A stretch of DNA of 64,000 nucleotides, from positions 372,001-436,000 of the forward strand of contig NMRA01000337.1 in the NCBI GenBank assembly GCA_002633005.1, given 5' to 3'. Position 1 is the stretch's first letter; every line of letters starts with the position of its first letter. The notes under the pieces were generated by a model. That model had not been told where the DNA came from. It did not search any database and saw only the letters and a program-made list of their open reading frames with translations. Shown here in pieces: positions 1 to 13,139 of the stretch. The translations under genes were made by a program, and so were the position numbers. The stretch comes from Phoronis australis. Taxonomy: Eukaryota; Animalia; Phoronida.

Positions 1-1692
1 CGATAATTCTTGTGGAAAATAGATGGAAGTTTGAAGCAAATTCGGTAAATTTTCAACAATTTTAGTATCATTTTTGTCTAACTTCCTTCCGGATTTTCGC
101 CACGACATCCAACAAAAACTCTGGAAATTAGAGTCATTTTTCGGCAGATTTTCATCGGGATTTTCGCTTTATGACAAAAATGTATGAGCTTGAACACGGT
201 CACCCGTCGCTCTCATTTTGAAATGGCGAAAAACGGCTGTGGCACTGTGCAAATTAGACCGTGGCAGATTCATATATTCGTGAAGTTTTTTACTTTCTCA
301 GGAATTTTAACTCGGGTTTACTGACATTCCACGCTAATTTCTGTGAATTTACTATGAAATTATATGTGCAAATTAAATTCTTAATGGATATGAAATTCAA
401 TACAAAGGAAACCACTTTAACACGTAGTAATACCAAAAGTTACTTCAAACTCGGCTGATCTGACCGAAGCAACCTCAGCTAAAACTTCACCGATATTTAC
501 AGAGACAGCAAATACGGAGGTCAAAATTTTATGAAGATTTCGAATTTTCTATTAGTTTAAATCCATCAGAAAAGCGAAAAAGTAAAAACAGAGGTGTTAT
601 TTCTTTAGGCAACTCTTATCTGAACGCTATCAGCTAATGTGTATTAGAGTGAAATAGCATGTTACTGAACAAATAAAGGCATGTGGTTTACTCAGGAATT
701 TCGACTATCACGACCAAAACACGTTATGTAGTTATAGTACAACCAGACCCTCCTGTTGGTGGGCTATTTAACAACAGCAAGGTCAACTGAACTACAGTAC
801 ATCTCATACAACAGTGGCAAAGGGCAGGCATGGGAACCAATACGCGCAGCATATCTCCATGCAGTAGAGCGAACAACATAAACGTGCATCTTTAATTACC
901 TGAAGTGATATGTAATACAGAATCTGTGGATCAGATATGAGAGTATGACAGTAACATGTGACCACGGCCACAATACAACATTATGCACTTATAGATATGT
1001 TCATTTTATGCTACTACGCTAAACTGAAATGCGCCAGTTATCAGCTGCCATTTCTTTAAAGCTTCATTAGGCTTCATTTAGCATGAAAATGGAATTAGCG
1101 CTTTTACTCTGATAAAATCAGGCGTGTAATATTCCTTAGCGTGATAACATTCCATTTGCATACTGAAATATGCACGTTTTCTTGTCATGAAAATAGAATA
1201 GTTGAGATAATTTCTACTCGAATTTATAAGAATAAAATGCCCAACTTGAATTTCATTTTCAGTCTTCTACAAAGTCTCACAAGATTATGCTTTTCTCGTG
1301 CGAAACTAGGTCTACAGAAAACTCTCCAACTTTTTTCTTTATTTAGACATTTGGCTAAAACATATCTCTACAATATCTAAGTCCCTCAAAAGGTGATGCA
1401 ACAAACTCGAAGGGTTTTCAACTGTTACGTCTGTTGCTGTTACTTCCAGAAGTTTGTTAATTTTAAGGTCAAACCTCAAGCAGTTTCACTGTCCCGAGCC
1501 CAAGTGTCCTTATGATGGCTGCGGTCTTCATAAATAAAGATAAATTCAACCAATGTTTTCAAAGATTGCAATAAAATTTCTTGCAGGCATATTTCAAGTT
1601 TGCAACATGACAAGTCATGCAATAAGCAGTGCGTTTGCAGGTCAGTAAAATGACCGTGGTTTTCTTGTGAAGATCTGTGATACCTCCCGTAC

Positions 1693-1795
1693 CTGTTGGT
1701 GTTTTGTGGACTACACTTGTATGACTTGTTGCTGAATACATCATCCTCACCATCACTCTCCTCCGACTGACCTCCCACCAGGCTTGCTTTGTCCT
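1693..1795 (-). CDS. Cav3: Cav3 II-III linker exon (EDKASLVGGQSEESDGEDDVFSNKSYKCSPQNTN); donor uncertain (1693 or 1684)
   Basis: Acceptor ttcaacag, phase 1; resembles the vertebrate Cav3 ERxSLLSGE-acidic segment. Confidence 0.6.
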
Positions 1796-2630
1796 CTGTT
1801 GAACAATCATTGTTACATTAAGGGAATACCAGACAAAAGTGCAAATTTCACACATAAAACCAATTAATTTTAACGTATATAAGGTTAAGTACCTATATGT
1901 CATCGTGGAGATTTTTGATCCACTTCCGACGGTGGACAACAAGTATGATGACATCAAACCTTATTACATTGCCATGGAAGTTTCATGAGTGGCTATCCCA
2001 TTACTCATTATTAAGGTTGAGCAGGGTTGATGCAAGAATGTTTGTGCACGACTCAGTGAACAATTCGGCCCAATGCACAGTGGCCTAACAAACTGCAACT
2101 ACTGACAAGATCTAGCTTGTCTGATAGAAATACTAAAAACACCACAAAAACCTGAGTAGTGTTGGCAGATATTGCCAAATTCATTAACTACAAACAATCA
2201 GTATAAAGAGGTCTTTAAGTGAAAACATCGCCCAACAATTCCTAATTTTCTTGTCAATGAATTGATGTGAAAGGTGCAGTGTGTCCTCATCATGAAAGTA
2301 GGGCAAGCTTTTCTCTGACAGTTCTGTTTGAAATGAAGCCACAAGTCATAAGACGCCAGGCCTTGAGAGTGTGTTCCACATTTTATGGCAATTACTCATA
2401 GAAAAGGGCAAACCCACTTGCTGCGAGATGTCACACTGAAGTACAAGCAAAACCAGTGATCACATCAGCTTTTAATTCTCTCGAGTTGTTTGTGTCTACA
2501 GAACACAGCCCAGATGTACAATGGGGAAGGTGAACTGCTTGCGACACAATTAAAAATCATTCAGAATTTTGATGTGACATCACAACATGAAATTCATCAA
2601 ATCACTGTAACTACATCAGCCATACTGCAC

Positions 2631-2730
2631 CTTTAATATTCACGTTCTTGTGGTTACTACTTTTACTACTCTGTCGTCGCAGACGTGGAGTTCGAGGGAG
2701 TCTGGGAGAACTGCGGAGACTCGATGAGCT
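2631..2730 (-). CDS. Cav3: Cav3 II-III linker exon (SSSSLRSSPRLPRTPRLRRQSSKSSNHKNVNIK); donor uncertain
   Basis: SLRSSP and RRxSS motifs as in the Cav3 II-III linker; phase-0 acceptor matches the upstream exon; several phase-1 GT options. Confidence 0.6.
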
Positions 2731-3292
2731 CTTTAAATAATAAGATTAATGACATTAGTCACCATGAACACAAAAATGTCAAATATGAATAACGCATTGA
2801 ACACTTAGTGAGAGCATACAAGGACCAGTATACAACAGTTGTTGTAGTGAGATTAAAATAAAAACGGTTAAAGAATGGCATACACTGAACTTTGTAATGA
2901 GAAATTAAAATCATATTTCAATTAATAACTTGTTTAAAATTAATAATAGAAAGTGAAAGCTAGCTGCTTTTGCTCTGGTATTAAATTTTCATTATTTAGA
3001 TTACTGAAAATTTTACATTTTAATTTTAAAAAATTCTCAACAATCATATAGAAGAATTTTTTCTATAGAGTTTCCACAAAACAACACTTGATGAACTTTT
3101 GGTTATTTGAATCACTATCAGGAGCCTCTGGAAACTCAATAACTAGTTACCTTGGGACAGGGTCCCAGATTTTGAGAACCAGTCTGGTGCCTGTTATTCA
3201 GGGGAAAATGTTTCTCAAAATGCAGGACACATAACCATCTTAGAATTAAATAACCGAAAAATTACCATCTCATCAAAAAATTTAACACTTAC

Positions 3293-3495
3293 AACACTTT
3301 TGTCAACCGAATCCATGGAGACATTACTAGAGTTGAATGATGTATTTAGTTTACTGTTGTACATCATCTCATGAGGAGAGCCATGAGGTGTCGCCGCTGG
3401 TGTTGCGGCTGTGTGAGTGATGATAGGTGGGTTTAGGTTCAGCTCCATCTCCTGGCAAACTGTGACAACAGGGGTGAGAGCGTTCAGTTTCTTAG
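3293..3495 (-). CDS. Cav3: Cav3 II-III linker exon (AKKLNALTPVV...PPIITHTAATPAATPHGSP...DKSV)
   Basis: Conserved PxIxHTAATP motif; cag acceptor phase 1, donor GTT|gtaagt. Confidence 0.9.
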
Positions 3496-4582
3496 CTGTC
3501 ATGAAACGAACAGGCAAACAAATCAATCTAGACTGAGAGAGCGAGTGTATGTCACATGAAGTGTAATTCTTCTAAAGCAATAAAAAATTAGCATCACGCC
3601 ACTCTGTGCAAGAAAATAACGCCCTCAAGTCCAATTAAAAGACATGCAATACTACAATTACGCATAGCATTAACAAAATTATGCATAGTGTAAACAAAAT
3701 TGACATAAAATTATACTCAGGGGAATTGTTCAACAACAGCATAAGTTTTTGTCTTTTCATATAACAGTTTTGGTAGAAAACTAAGAATTATATATTAAAC
3801 TCATTTTTCTGTTATTTTTAGAATTTAAGTGTGCATGTAACATGAGTTTGAAATGGTTTCAAACACACCTCAAACACATTTGAATTACAACACGTTTGAC
3901 ATAACAAAACAAATATGGTATGATGGTCGTCATTGAACTACTGGAGGTTCTTAGAAAAAGGAGGAAGTTTCACTTAGTGTTTTTAATTAGTAACGAGAGG
4001 CTCTTCACTTTCTGAAGCATTTCTACAATATCGTTTTAGATTCTCATTCGTACCTACAAATTACTCATCAGTCACTGACAAAACTTTTAACATGTTTTCT
4101 GGTAAGTCCACTACTGAGCATGTAATGTCTTTAAACACATTGGGCGAGTTGAAGAATTTCTTAAGTTGGAGACTTTAATGTTTAAGTGCAGCAGTAGTTC
4201 AGTAAAATCTCAGCTGAGAACATATTAACCAACTCGACAAAACACAGCCTACGGTAAAATCTCACCAATTTCAGACAAAAAATTAGTTGCTAGAAATGGG
4301 TTTTTCATTTTCAAAAGCTTCTAACATTGTTGATAATGGCCACATGATTGTCTGATGCTAGCTACAACACTGCACTTGAAAATGGCAAAGCATTAGGTAT
4401 GACTTACGAAAAAAGAGAAAATAAATTCCGAGCCATACTGAATTTTAAATTGATGAGAGTAAAAAACAGCAATTCTTCACTACTTGCCAAAAAAACTAAA
4501 CCTATATGTCGTCTGTCACTTGATCTGCAACTAGAGACATCTGTTGATGAAATCACAAGTAACTCCACGGAAGACAGCTCAC

Positions 4583-4715
4583 CTTTCTGCTGATTGTTTT
4601 TCTCCTCCTCAATGTCTGCTTTTATACCGTCATCATCATCTGTCATGTTGTTCGCCTTAGCCTCACTTTCACCCTGACTACCAAGTTGCGAGTTCTTTTT
4701 CTTCTTCTCTTCTTC
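4583..4715 (-). CDS. Cav3: Cav3 proximal II-III linker exon (EEEKKKKNSQLGSQGESEAKANNMTDDDDGIKADIEEEKNNQQK)
   Basis: Acceptor tttacag phase 0, donor AAAG|gtgag phase 1; both match the flanking exons. Confidence 0.85.
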
Positions 4716-4952
4716 CTGTAAACAATTGTCAATATTTTCATTCTGAGTGATCTTTTGCCAACTAGCAACATTAAAAAGACCAACAGAACACTCAGCCCAT
4801 CAAAATCTCATTCTCATTTCTTAGGGACTTCTAGGAAATTTGTGATTGAGTGCCCAGGGTCTTTTATTGATGATATATGTATCCCATCACCCAAGAGCAA
4901 TATGCCCACAACTTTATGGCAAATGACATGCTTCTAAGGGTGTTCATTAGTA

Positions 4953-6260
4953 CCGTACTCGTCCGCGTTACCGCCCAGGGTGCTTAAATTGGGAATCTAA
5001 AAAATAGGGGGTGGGCGGTAACCCGAGCATGGGGGGTTAAAATCGAAATTTTTTAAAAGTTTGTTGCTTACTGCATGGAGCTACACTGACGTCAGACTTC
5101 AAGCATATCAGTTAAAATATAGGTCGGGGATTGAAGTAACGGACTTCGACGGCCTGAAGTGGAATAGCACACACGATAAAGTGGCGTCGTGATCCCGAGC
5201 ATGACTGGGTTTTTACGTACCTCGGTCGCTGCTGGTCATCTCTTAGAACTAAAGTATTCATACAGGTAGGCATGCGTTCAGCAGGGCAAATTTCTTGAGA
5301 AAAAAGATAGATCAAGCAAAACTCCGCTAGTTCGCGGAGTATTTCTAAGGGAAGCACTTGAAGTTGTAAACGTTTGCTTCCCGCTGGATGCTTAGGCAAC
5401 CAAACACGTGCTAATGATTGACTGGTTGTTCATACTGAATACTTTGAACTTAGTTTGAACAATCAACGTTTCATATACATTGTATATTTCTTTTTGAGTT
5501 CAAAGCCATCACCGCTCTTGTTCAATAAAGCATGTGCTCAACAATCGGACGATATTACTATTAGGCAATAGGGGGGCTCGGTCGGCTGTCAAAATAATGA
5601 AGCAAAACACATCATGTAAAAAGTCATCAGGTAAATCAAAAGTTGGATGTGGACAGAATGTTTGACTTGCGCTTAATGACAAGTTGATTTCTTGCACTGC
5701 TGCTTTCGGTTGGGCGCTTCCATTTTGGCGTCAGAAGTGAAAGGCATTAAAAACATGTGTTTAACCAAGACGGGGAACAGCGAGACAAGTTGGCTTGTCA
5801 CAGTGGACCATTTCTTTTCTTATTTCAAATGCTCGGGATTGTTATCTTTCGTGTACTGTCACGGGGAATCACAAAAAGGTTGGCCATGAACGTGAAATTC
5901 TTGTCAAGTACTGCTTTGCTGGTTCTTCCACAGCAAATGAAATACATTCGAAAACGCCGTCTCAGTGATCAGTACATACCAACGCGAGTTCCGCGCGCGT
6001 GTGAGCCAAAGGAAACAATTGTCTCCTTCAGTAAAGGGCATGAGAATACGGGTATTTTACCACCATAGTAAGGCAAGGTACCAGTTTCGCTAAAACTGAT
6101 TGATTGTCACAGAAAGGTAAGCAAGTTGTGCACGTTTTGGAATCTTAATGTTGTGCGACGAATGTTCACAGAAGCACAGATACTTTTAAGGAAGTATAGA
6201 TCATGAAAAATTGGGGGTGGGCGATAAGCCAAGCATGGGCCGTAACCCGGACGAGTACGG
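4953..6260. mobile_element. Non-autonomous TIR DNA transposon (Tc1/mariner-pogo-like), about 1.3 kb
   Basis: Termini CCGTACTCGTCC...GGACGAGTACGG flanked by TA on both sides; diverged, truncated second copy at ~55938-57160. Confidence 0.85.
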
Positions 6261-6269
6261 TAATGTAAT

Positions 6270-7120
6270 ATAACCATTAGATAACACAGAATACGTCAAA
6301 CCCGTACAAAAATGGAAAGTATTGTCATTTTCCCGGTAGAAAAACATCAGTGAAATTTTATGAAAATCCAGCAAGGAACTCCAGAGATACAAAAGCCAAG
6401 TGAAAAAAAATTGTCATCGAGTAGCAGCAGTAGTTGCGTTTGTCCATCTGTTGTCAAATTAATAGGAATACACTTGCAAAATTTCCAAGTTTTTGCAAGG
6501 GATTTAGGAAATACAGCTGCAGATGCAAAAAAAGGCACTAAGGGGCACTTCAACAGTTGCATCCACATAAATCAACGTCACTTGCAGTCTTCTTTTCAGG
6601 AGCACATCTGCCAATGCTCATATTGACCCTTCAAAAGAGGTATGGCAGACAGAGAGGCCAACGCCAAAAAAAAATCGAAATTTTTTTTAAAATGGCCAAT
6701 AGGTAGCACAGAATAAGTTAAATCTGTCTGAAACCTATTTGCCAAATTAAAGGAACTTCAAAAATACAGAGGCAAACATAAAAAACTAAAATTGCCACTA
6801 AGTGGGAATAGCAGTTATCGGATCAATCCCAAATTCACGGTCATCTGTCGTCACCTCTATAGGAGCACATCTGCCGTCACCTCCATAGGAGCACATCTGT
6901 CGTCTCCTCCATAGGAGCACATCTGTCGTCACCTCCACAGAAGCACATCTGTCATCTCCTCCATAGAAGCATATCTGTCGTCAACTCCATAGAAGCACAT
7001 CAGCCAAATCCCATTAAGATGGTTCATGGGGTTTAGGAAATACAGCAGCAAACGCCAGATGGCAGATGCCTGGAGATCAGGGCATTATGCAACCCATTAT
7101 GTAAACGTGGGTGCATAAAA
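6270..7120 (+). mobile_element. Degenerate pearl/HINE-like repeat with an internal ~26-bp tandem array (6840-7005)
   Basis: Same modules as 54789-59898 (aaaattgccacta.., tttaggaaatacagc, 3' hairpin plus gcataaaa). Confidence 0.6.
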
Positions 7121-8839
7121 GTATAATGCAATTTTAAGTTTTAATAACGTCAAATTGATTTTCCGATAAATAGGTGCTTATGTAGCAGGTGATAAGAACC
7201 CTGAAATTGGATAATGACCAAAAAAATCATGGAAACACAGAGTGCTGTGAAACATAGCACAAAAAAGCTGTAACGAACGTGACCGCAACATTCAACAAAA
7301 TTTATAAAGTCCAGTATTTGTAGCAATTTTATTTGCAACATGCAGTCTGAATTTGAAGAGGCTTTACTGCAATCAGCTGACCAAATGATAAAAAGCACCA
7401 TTCTTTTGACAATCTAATTGTCAAAACTTTTCTTATAAAATAAACAGTCATGATTAATTTCGCTTGAGAGTTCCAGTGGCCGGTTGCATGAAACACTCCC
7501 AAATAGGTACTCAACTAAGTTCCCTAAACCTACTGAGTATTTTTGGACTTGTGAAAACATCGATTTTCCTTCCTTATATTGTTTTAGTTTCATTACTAGA
7601 TAACTTTTGATTTGATACAAATCGAGAGTGAACTCTACGTTAAATTGTCAATATTATCGAAAATAAGAAGGGATCTTTTGATGCAACACCCACAATTTAA
7701 GGACTAAGTCCCTATTTATTTTCAATGAACTCTGGGCTCAGTTTTTATCTACATTACTAGAAAATGTCATTAATCAAAAAGGAGCTCATAATGAAGATGA
7801 AAATATTGCATCTGTGAGTCCATACAGACACTAATACTCAAAAAGACTTAGGGACCTTAGTTGAGTCCCTATTTGGGACTCTTTCATGCAACCGTTCACT
7901 GATTATTGTATTTCACAGAGTTAATATCCAAGGTGTTTATTTTGGGAATCCCAAAAGCCACATGATGGACAAAAAGCTGAGACAGGTATTTTTAAAAATT
8001 TTGGGGTGGGTACCTAGTGCCCTAGATGTTTATAAAAATGTTGACTGTGTGCTAGCTGTCATTTCTAGTAATTCATTGCAAAAGCTTACATGGGCATGTT
8101 GTTTTGAAGACATTTTGTAAACCAAATGAAAGAAAAAGCGGTGAACAAATATTCAGATGCTCTAACCATACAACATGAAACAGTGCCATCATCGACTTCA
8201 CGGCAAAATTTTGCTAGGCAAGAAAAACAAACAACACAGATAGCACACTCATAATAAATCCTTTGAAGCTTCTTGTCGGAGTTTCACGGCTTCTTTAACT
8301 AGCGTACACAGGACTCCATTTATTAGGCAACATGTGGTGTGAGGCATCAAACGTGAATATTTACACGCACTCAAGTTCTGTGATAACATTTGTTGGCACT
8401 AGAATAAGACAGCTTTGAGTGACAGCACCTGCTGAGGCAATATGCTGTTTTGATTTGTATTTTCTGTTTATGGAAAAAATGGGTTCATACACCCACTGAC
8501 AGGTGATTATGTAAAGCTGAAATTTAAGAAAATCTGACGGTGAACTTGAGCAGGCTAGAGCGATTAAAACAAAAATTTTCAAAAAATGGAGGGAGTTTAG
8601 TGACACCTGGTTTTAACTCAGGGAAATACAATTAGAGTTAAATAGAATAATGAAAGGAAGAGAAATCAGCATAGAACAACATGTTTAACATACATTCCAT
8701 TTCAGACCACACAAAACAGAAATCAGCAGGCAATGCATTCACTTTTGAGAGACTATGACCACGCAGCCAGCACAAAGGTCAAAGTTAGCCTCAATATTAT
8801 TTTGGGAGGAGAGTGGTTCACACCTTTTCTGAAACAGCT

Positions 8840-9990
8840 GCTTGGAGCAGCGGTGCATTGAAATGTGCCCACGAATGCACCGCAAAGGGTGTGCTTCAAA
8901 GGGTGTTTATTTGTATCATAAAAAGGCCACTAGATAGCGCAAAATACGTCAAATCCATCAGCGAATGGGAGCATGTCATTGTTGCTTCTAATAGAAACGA
9001 TTTCCTAAATTTCATAAAAATCCATCAAGAACTTCAGAGAAACAGAAGAAAACTGCCATTAGGAGGCGCCACAGTCATCGCAGTCGTTGAAAAATCATTG
9101 CCAACTGTACTCTTAACACTAAGAACAACTATGCAAATTTTCACAATCATCCTTAGAGTGATTTGGTTGATAGAGGGGCCAACGCCAAAAACAGACTAAA
9201 AACAGTACAAATGGCCCCAAATGTCACAAAAAATGTCAAATTCATTTGGAAATGCGAGGACAGCTTCAACTCACTAATAGATGCCTATCTGCCAAATTTT
9301 ATGAAAATCCAATGAGGACTTACGAAGATACAGAGGAAAGTGTAAAAAACTAAAATTGCCACTAGGGGGCACACTAGTAGTCTGATCTTTCCGAAAGTCG
9401 TCGTCGTTGTCCGTTGTCAACTTCATATAAATGCACTTGCTAAATTTGATAAAGATCCAGTAGAGCCTTTAGGACATCCAGCCATGGGCGCAAAAACAAG
9501 CAAAACTGCAACTAGAGGAGGTGCCACAATAGTCTAAATCATCAGAAAATCATCCACAGCTGCCCTCTTCATAGCAAGAACATGTATGGCAATTTTCACA
9601 AACATCCTAAGAGTGGTTTGTTTGATGGAGGGAAACAGTAAAAATGGCCACTAGGTGGCACAAAGTACCTTGAATCCGTCTGAAAATGGGAGGATAGCGT
9701 CATCTCACAGATTGCTTAACTGCAAAATTTTATGATAATACGTTGAAGACCTTCAAAGATACAGACTGAGGGAAACATGAAAGTTAAATTGCCACTAGGG
9801 GGAACACCAGTAGTCGATAGGTCTGAAATTCATCGTCATCTGTGGTCAGCTTCATAGGAACATATTTGCCAAATCTCATTAAGATCCTGTGAGAGGTTTA
9901 GGAGATACGGCTGAGGACGCCGGGCAGCAGACGTCCAGACAGAGATGACGGCAAGATGCACCCAAATATAAATATGTGGGAGCATGAAAA
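8840..9990 (+). mobile_element. pearl/HINE-like non-autonomous element with internal tandem modules
   Basis: 5' gaaatgtgcccacgaatgcaccgcaaa, repeated ccactagggggc modules and 3' cccaaatataaatatgtggg hairpin shared with 54789-59898. Confidence 0.75.
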
Positions 9991-10507
9991 CCTAGTGAGG
10001 TGCTGTGAGGTTACTTAGTATTCACAGAACAATGAAAAAATAAATAATAGAAACAAACACAATCATGTGACTTGACAAAGTATTATGTGGTCTGAACTGT
10101 CAGAGAGACTTAACCAAAATGAATACCACCAAGGTACGGCATCCGCAAGATGTCTGCAAGCAGTTGATTCAACAATTTCTAGCAAAACTAGTGCCCAGGC
10201 ATTCTATTTGAGCAAGCAATTTGTGAGTGGCAAAATTTCCAAAATTTGTAAACTGAAATATCATTTTTACTGAAGTAGGCTCCATAAATTTCAAAACTTT
10301 TGGACATTAAAAATAATATATCAAAACAGGATCTAAAACTAAGAAATGATAATGTATGAAGAAGTATTTGTCTTAACTAAAAAACCTGGAGGGCTAATCC
10401 TTTTGGTGACATACTGTTCAACAGTAGGTAATCAACCAGACATCTAAAGATGGTCTACCGCAGATCTTAGAATTTCTGCTCAAGAGAAATTGTTGAAAAA
10501 CGCTTAC

Positions 10508-10534
10508 TGACTGATGGACGGCATGGTTACAAGG
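10508..10534 (-). CDS. Cav3: Candidate 27-nt Cav3 microexon (PCNHAVHQS) just after IIS6
   Basis: Branch-like cctaat/ctgac, strong pyrimidine tract ctcttctctcctctag, donor TCA|gtaagc, phase 0/0, no stop. Confidence 0.5.
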
Positions 10535-10625
10535 CTAGAGGAGAGAAGAGTCAGAAGAGATTAGGTGAGACAAGCAAGGGTGGTGACCAAGTGCACTGTG
10601 TGCGGGTAGACATGGCCTGGCATAC

Positions 10626-10781
10626 CTCTGTAGAAAACCCTTCCACCAATATGGCAACTAGAAGATTCAATAAAACGTAGTTGCCAAATGTCATCAGGGC
10701 AACGAAATAGAGAGAGGCCCAAGGCGAAGTCTTTTCCATGCCATTGTACAACACTGTATTCCAATCTTCTTGAGTCAGAAT
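10626..10781 (-). CDS. Cav3: Cav3 domain II selectivity filter + S6 exon, canonical copy ([52 protein letters not shown])
   Basis: 156 nt, acceptor tttcag, donor GAG|gtatg, phase 0/0; close to Cav3 consensus. Confidence 0.97.
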
Positions 10782-10963
10782 CTGAAATAGGGTAAAAAAT
10801 CATGCTGAACAAATTCAAGCCTTAAAAAAAACTGCCTCGAGTCATGTGCTGGTCTATTCCGTAACAGTAAACTGACGGCAACCAGTACTGCCACCTGGTG
10901 TGTGTAAAATAAACCAACACAGGGCACCCTGGCAGTTGAGCAAACCAAAACAACAGTATTTAC

Positions 10964-11125
10964 CTGTAGCTGAGTGGAGAACGTTTGGACAATAACTGCC
11001 ACCAATAGACTGATCAAGACATAAGCCCCAAAAGATATGATTGCATGAAAATAGAGGACAGACCAGGGAGAAATCTGTGTCATGACTGCGTATGTTATAG
11101 CATTCCAGTCTTCGACGGTTAGTAT
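10964..11125 (-). CDS. Cav3: Cav3 domain II selectivity filter + S6 exon, divergent duplicate (ILTVEDWNAITYAVMTQISPWSVLYFHAIISFGAYVLISLLVAVIVQTFSTQLQ)
   Basis: 162 nt, acceptor tttcag, donor CAG|gtaaat, phase 0/0, ungapped alignment to the 10626-10781 exon, no stops. Confidence 0.85.
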
Positions 11126-13139
11126 CTGAAATAAGCACAGTATTAATTGAACATATAAAGAAAGCCCTACATGTATGTACAACAAACAACACAGCCAAAT
11201 ACCAGGCAGTTAGGTTCAGGGTACTCTAATCAATTTGAACAAAGGATGTACTCCTGGACCATTCAGAACCAATAGGTTGCCTATTTATTGAGCATCATGG
11301 AAGCGTTAGTGGGTGATGAATACTTCATATAACATCCTATTATGACCAGAACATAATGGTCCACTTCATATAAGCCAGTTTTAACAAAAAATGATAGCGG
11401 ATATTTTAATTATAACGGATTTAGGTTTATCACTTATTGCAGTACCAAAGCAGCTATTAAGTAAACTTGAATTTTAGGGTTGGGGGGAGGGTGGGGGGAG
11501 ACTTCATCTATGGCACTGCTGTCATTTTTCAAATGCAATGTTAGACTTTTGTTGACTCGTAAACGCCGCGTGATATCAGAGGTAACTTGATGACATGCAG
11601 ACAATAGTATAGAAAATAGACCAGAATCGAAAGCCCAGGTCCACTGCAACAATGACTTCTGATGCACGTACAACTAAGCAACCATCATAGGAAAAAAAAG
11701 GAAAACAGTTGAAACTGGGCCTCAAAATATATCTAATTAAAACTAAGATTAGCCAAATTATTCTTTCTCATGAAAGATTCTCAGGGCATGCGCCATCAAA
11801 TCCCACTGATGTTAAATTTCGTCACCAAAAACTGACAAACTATAAATCAAGTTGACATATTTTATCGTCATCTATTTTGCGCGGGGTACGCCGCGAGCTA
11901 TGTTGCAGAGTAAACAAACTGAGGATTAAATATCATTTATTATGATGTAAATAGAAGAAATGAAGACTCTGCAAGATGTGCATGGAAAAAACGAATATCT
12001 GTGATGTCACTGGATGTTAACTAGTCCACAACTGTACACGTTGCATATGAAAAAAGACTGCAGCCATTTAGGTGACATCATCTGTCTGTCTAACCCAATG
12101 TAGACCTTCATGCCTACCAATAAAATACAATATCACAGTTTTAGGTGTTTTCTGGAAACCTATCACAATTTGCCCAAGCAAAAATCCACTCTGAAATGGA
12201 TCTTAGTTTAGGATCATTTATTCAAAGGCCCTGTTTAAGAGCACATCCTTGTGTTCAAGTAGCAGACGGGAGTCCTTAAATGTCAGATAAAGTTTCAGGT
12301 GAACATGTTACGAATTAATAATATTTAGGCTAGAATCTTGAACACAGTCATGTAAAAATAACACAACCTTCTAAATTATTCATCTCACAGGTTTTGGATG
12401 TCAAATGTTTCCATGTTGACAATACTTACGTACAGCTGACCCAGATTTTGAGAACCAGTTTTATACCTACCTCACAGTTCAGTAGGAAAACTGGTTCTCA
12501 AAATGCTGTACCCCTGTGATTATTAAGAATTTTTTTATAGAATTAAAACAAAATAGCAATGTTGTTAAAAATGAGATCCTATTTTAAACAAGACAATAAC
12601 TAACTACGGTATCAAAGTTATATAATACTAGGTACAGATTTACAAGTTAGAATGATTAACATTAGATTGAATGCTAAAGCCCTAGACAACAATAATTAGG
12701 TTAAAACCGTCAATTTCAAACTAGAATTAATCACGATTGCACAAGCAGACCCAAGCACAGACACAATCAATATTCTATTCATAATGCATGTGTGTAAATT
12801 AAGATTGGCGAATTGCCATATTAAAAAGCTTTGAAGTGTGGTCCACAGCCAAAAATTAAAGAACAAAGCTTTTTGAAGATGACACTGTCTCTAATGCTGC
12901 TGCAGCTCTTAACCTGCCTACTCAATATGTAAAATGTAGTTTGAGTTGACCACATAGCATTATCTAAGATTGGTGAACAATTACAAGTAATTTGTAGGAT
13001 TAAAAAGAACTGTCAGGATGTTAACACTCGCGACCAGTGACAATAAGTTGGCTTGATACAGCAAGCCATTTTAGGCACGCAGCAAATAATTATAACCTGA
13101 GAAAGGGATAAGTTGAAATCAGTTTTATTTTAATGACAA

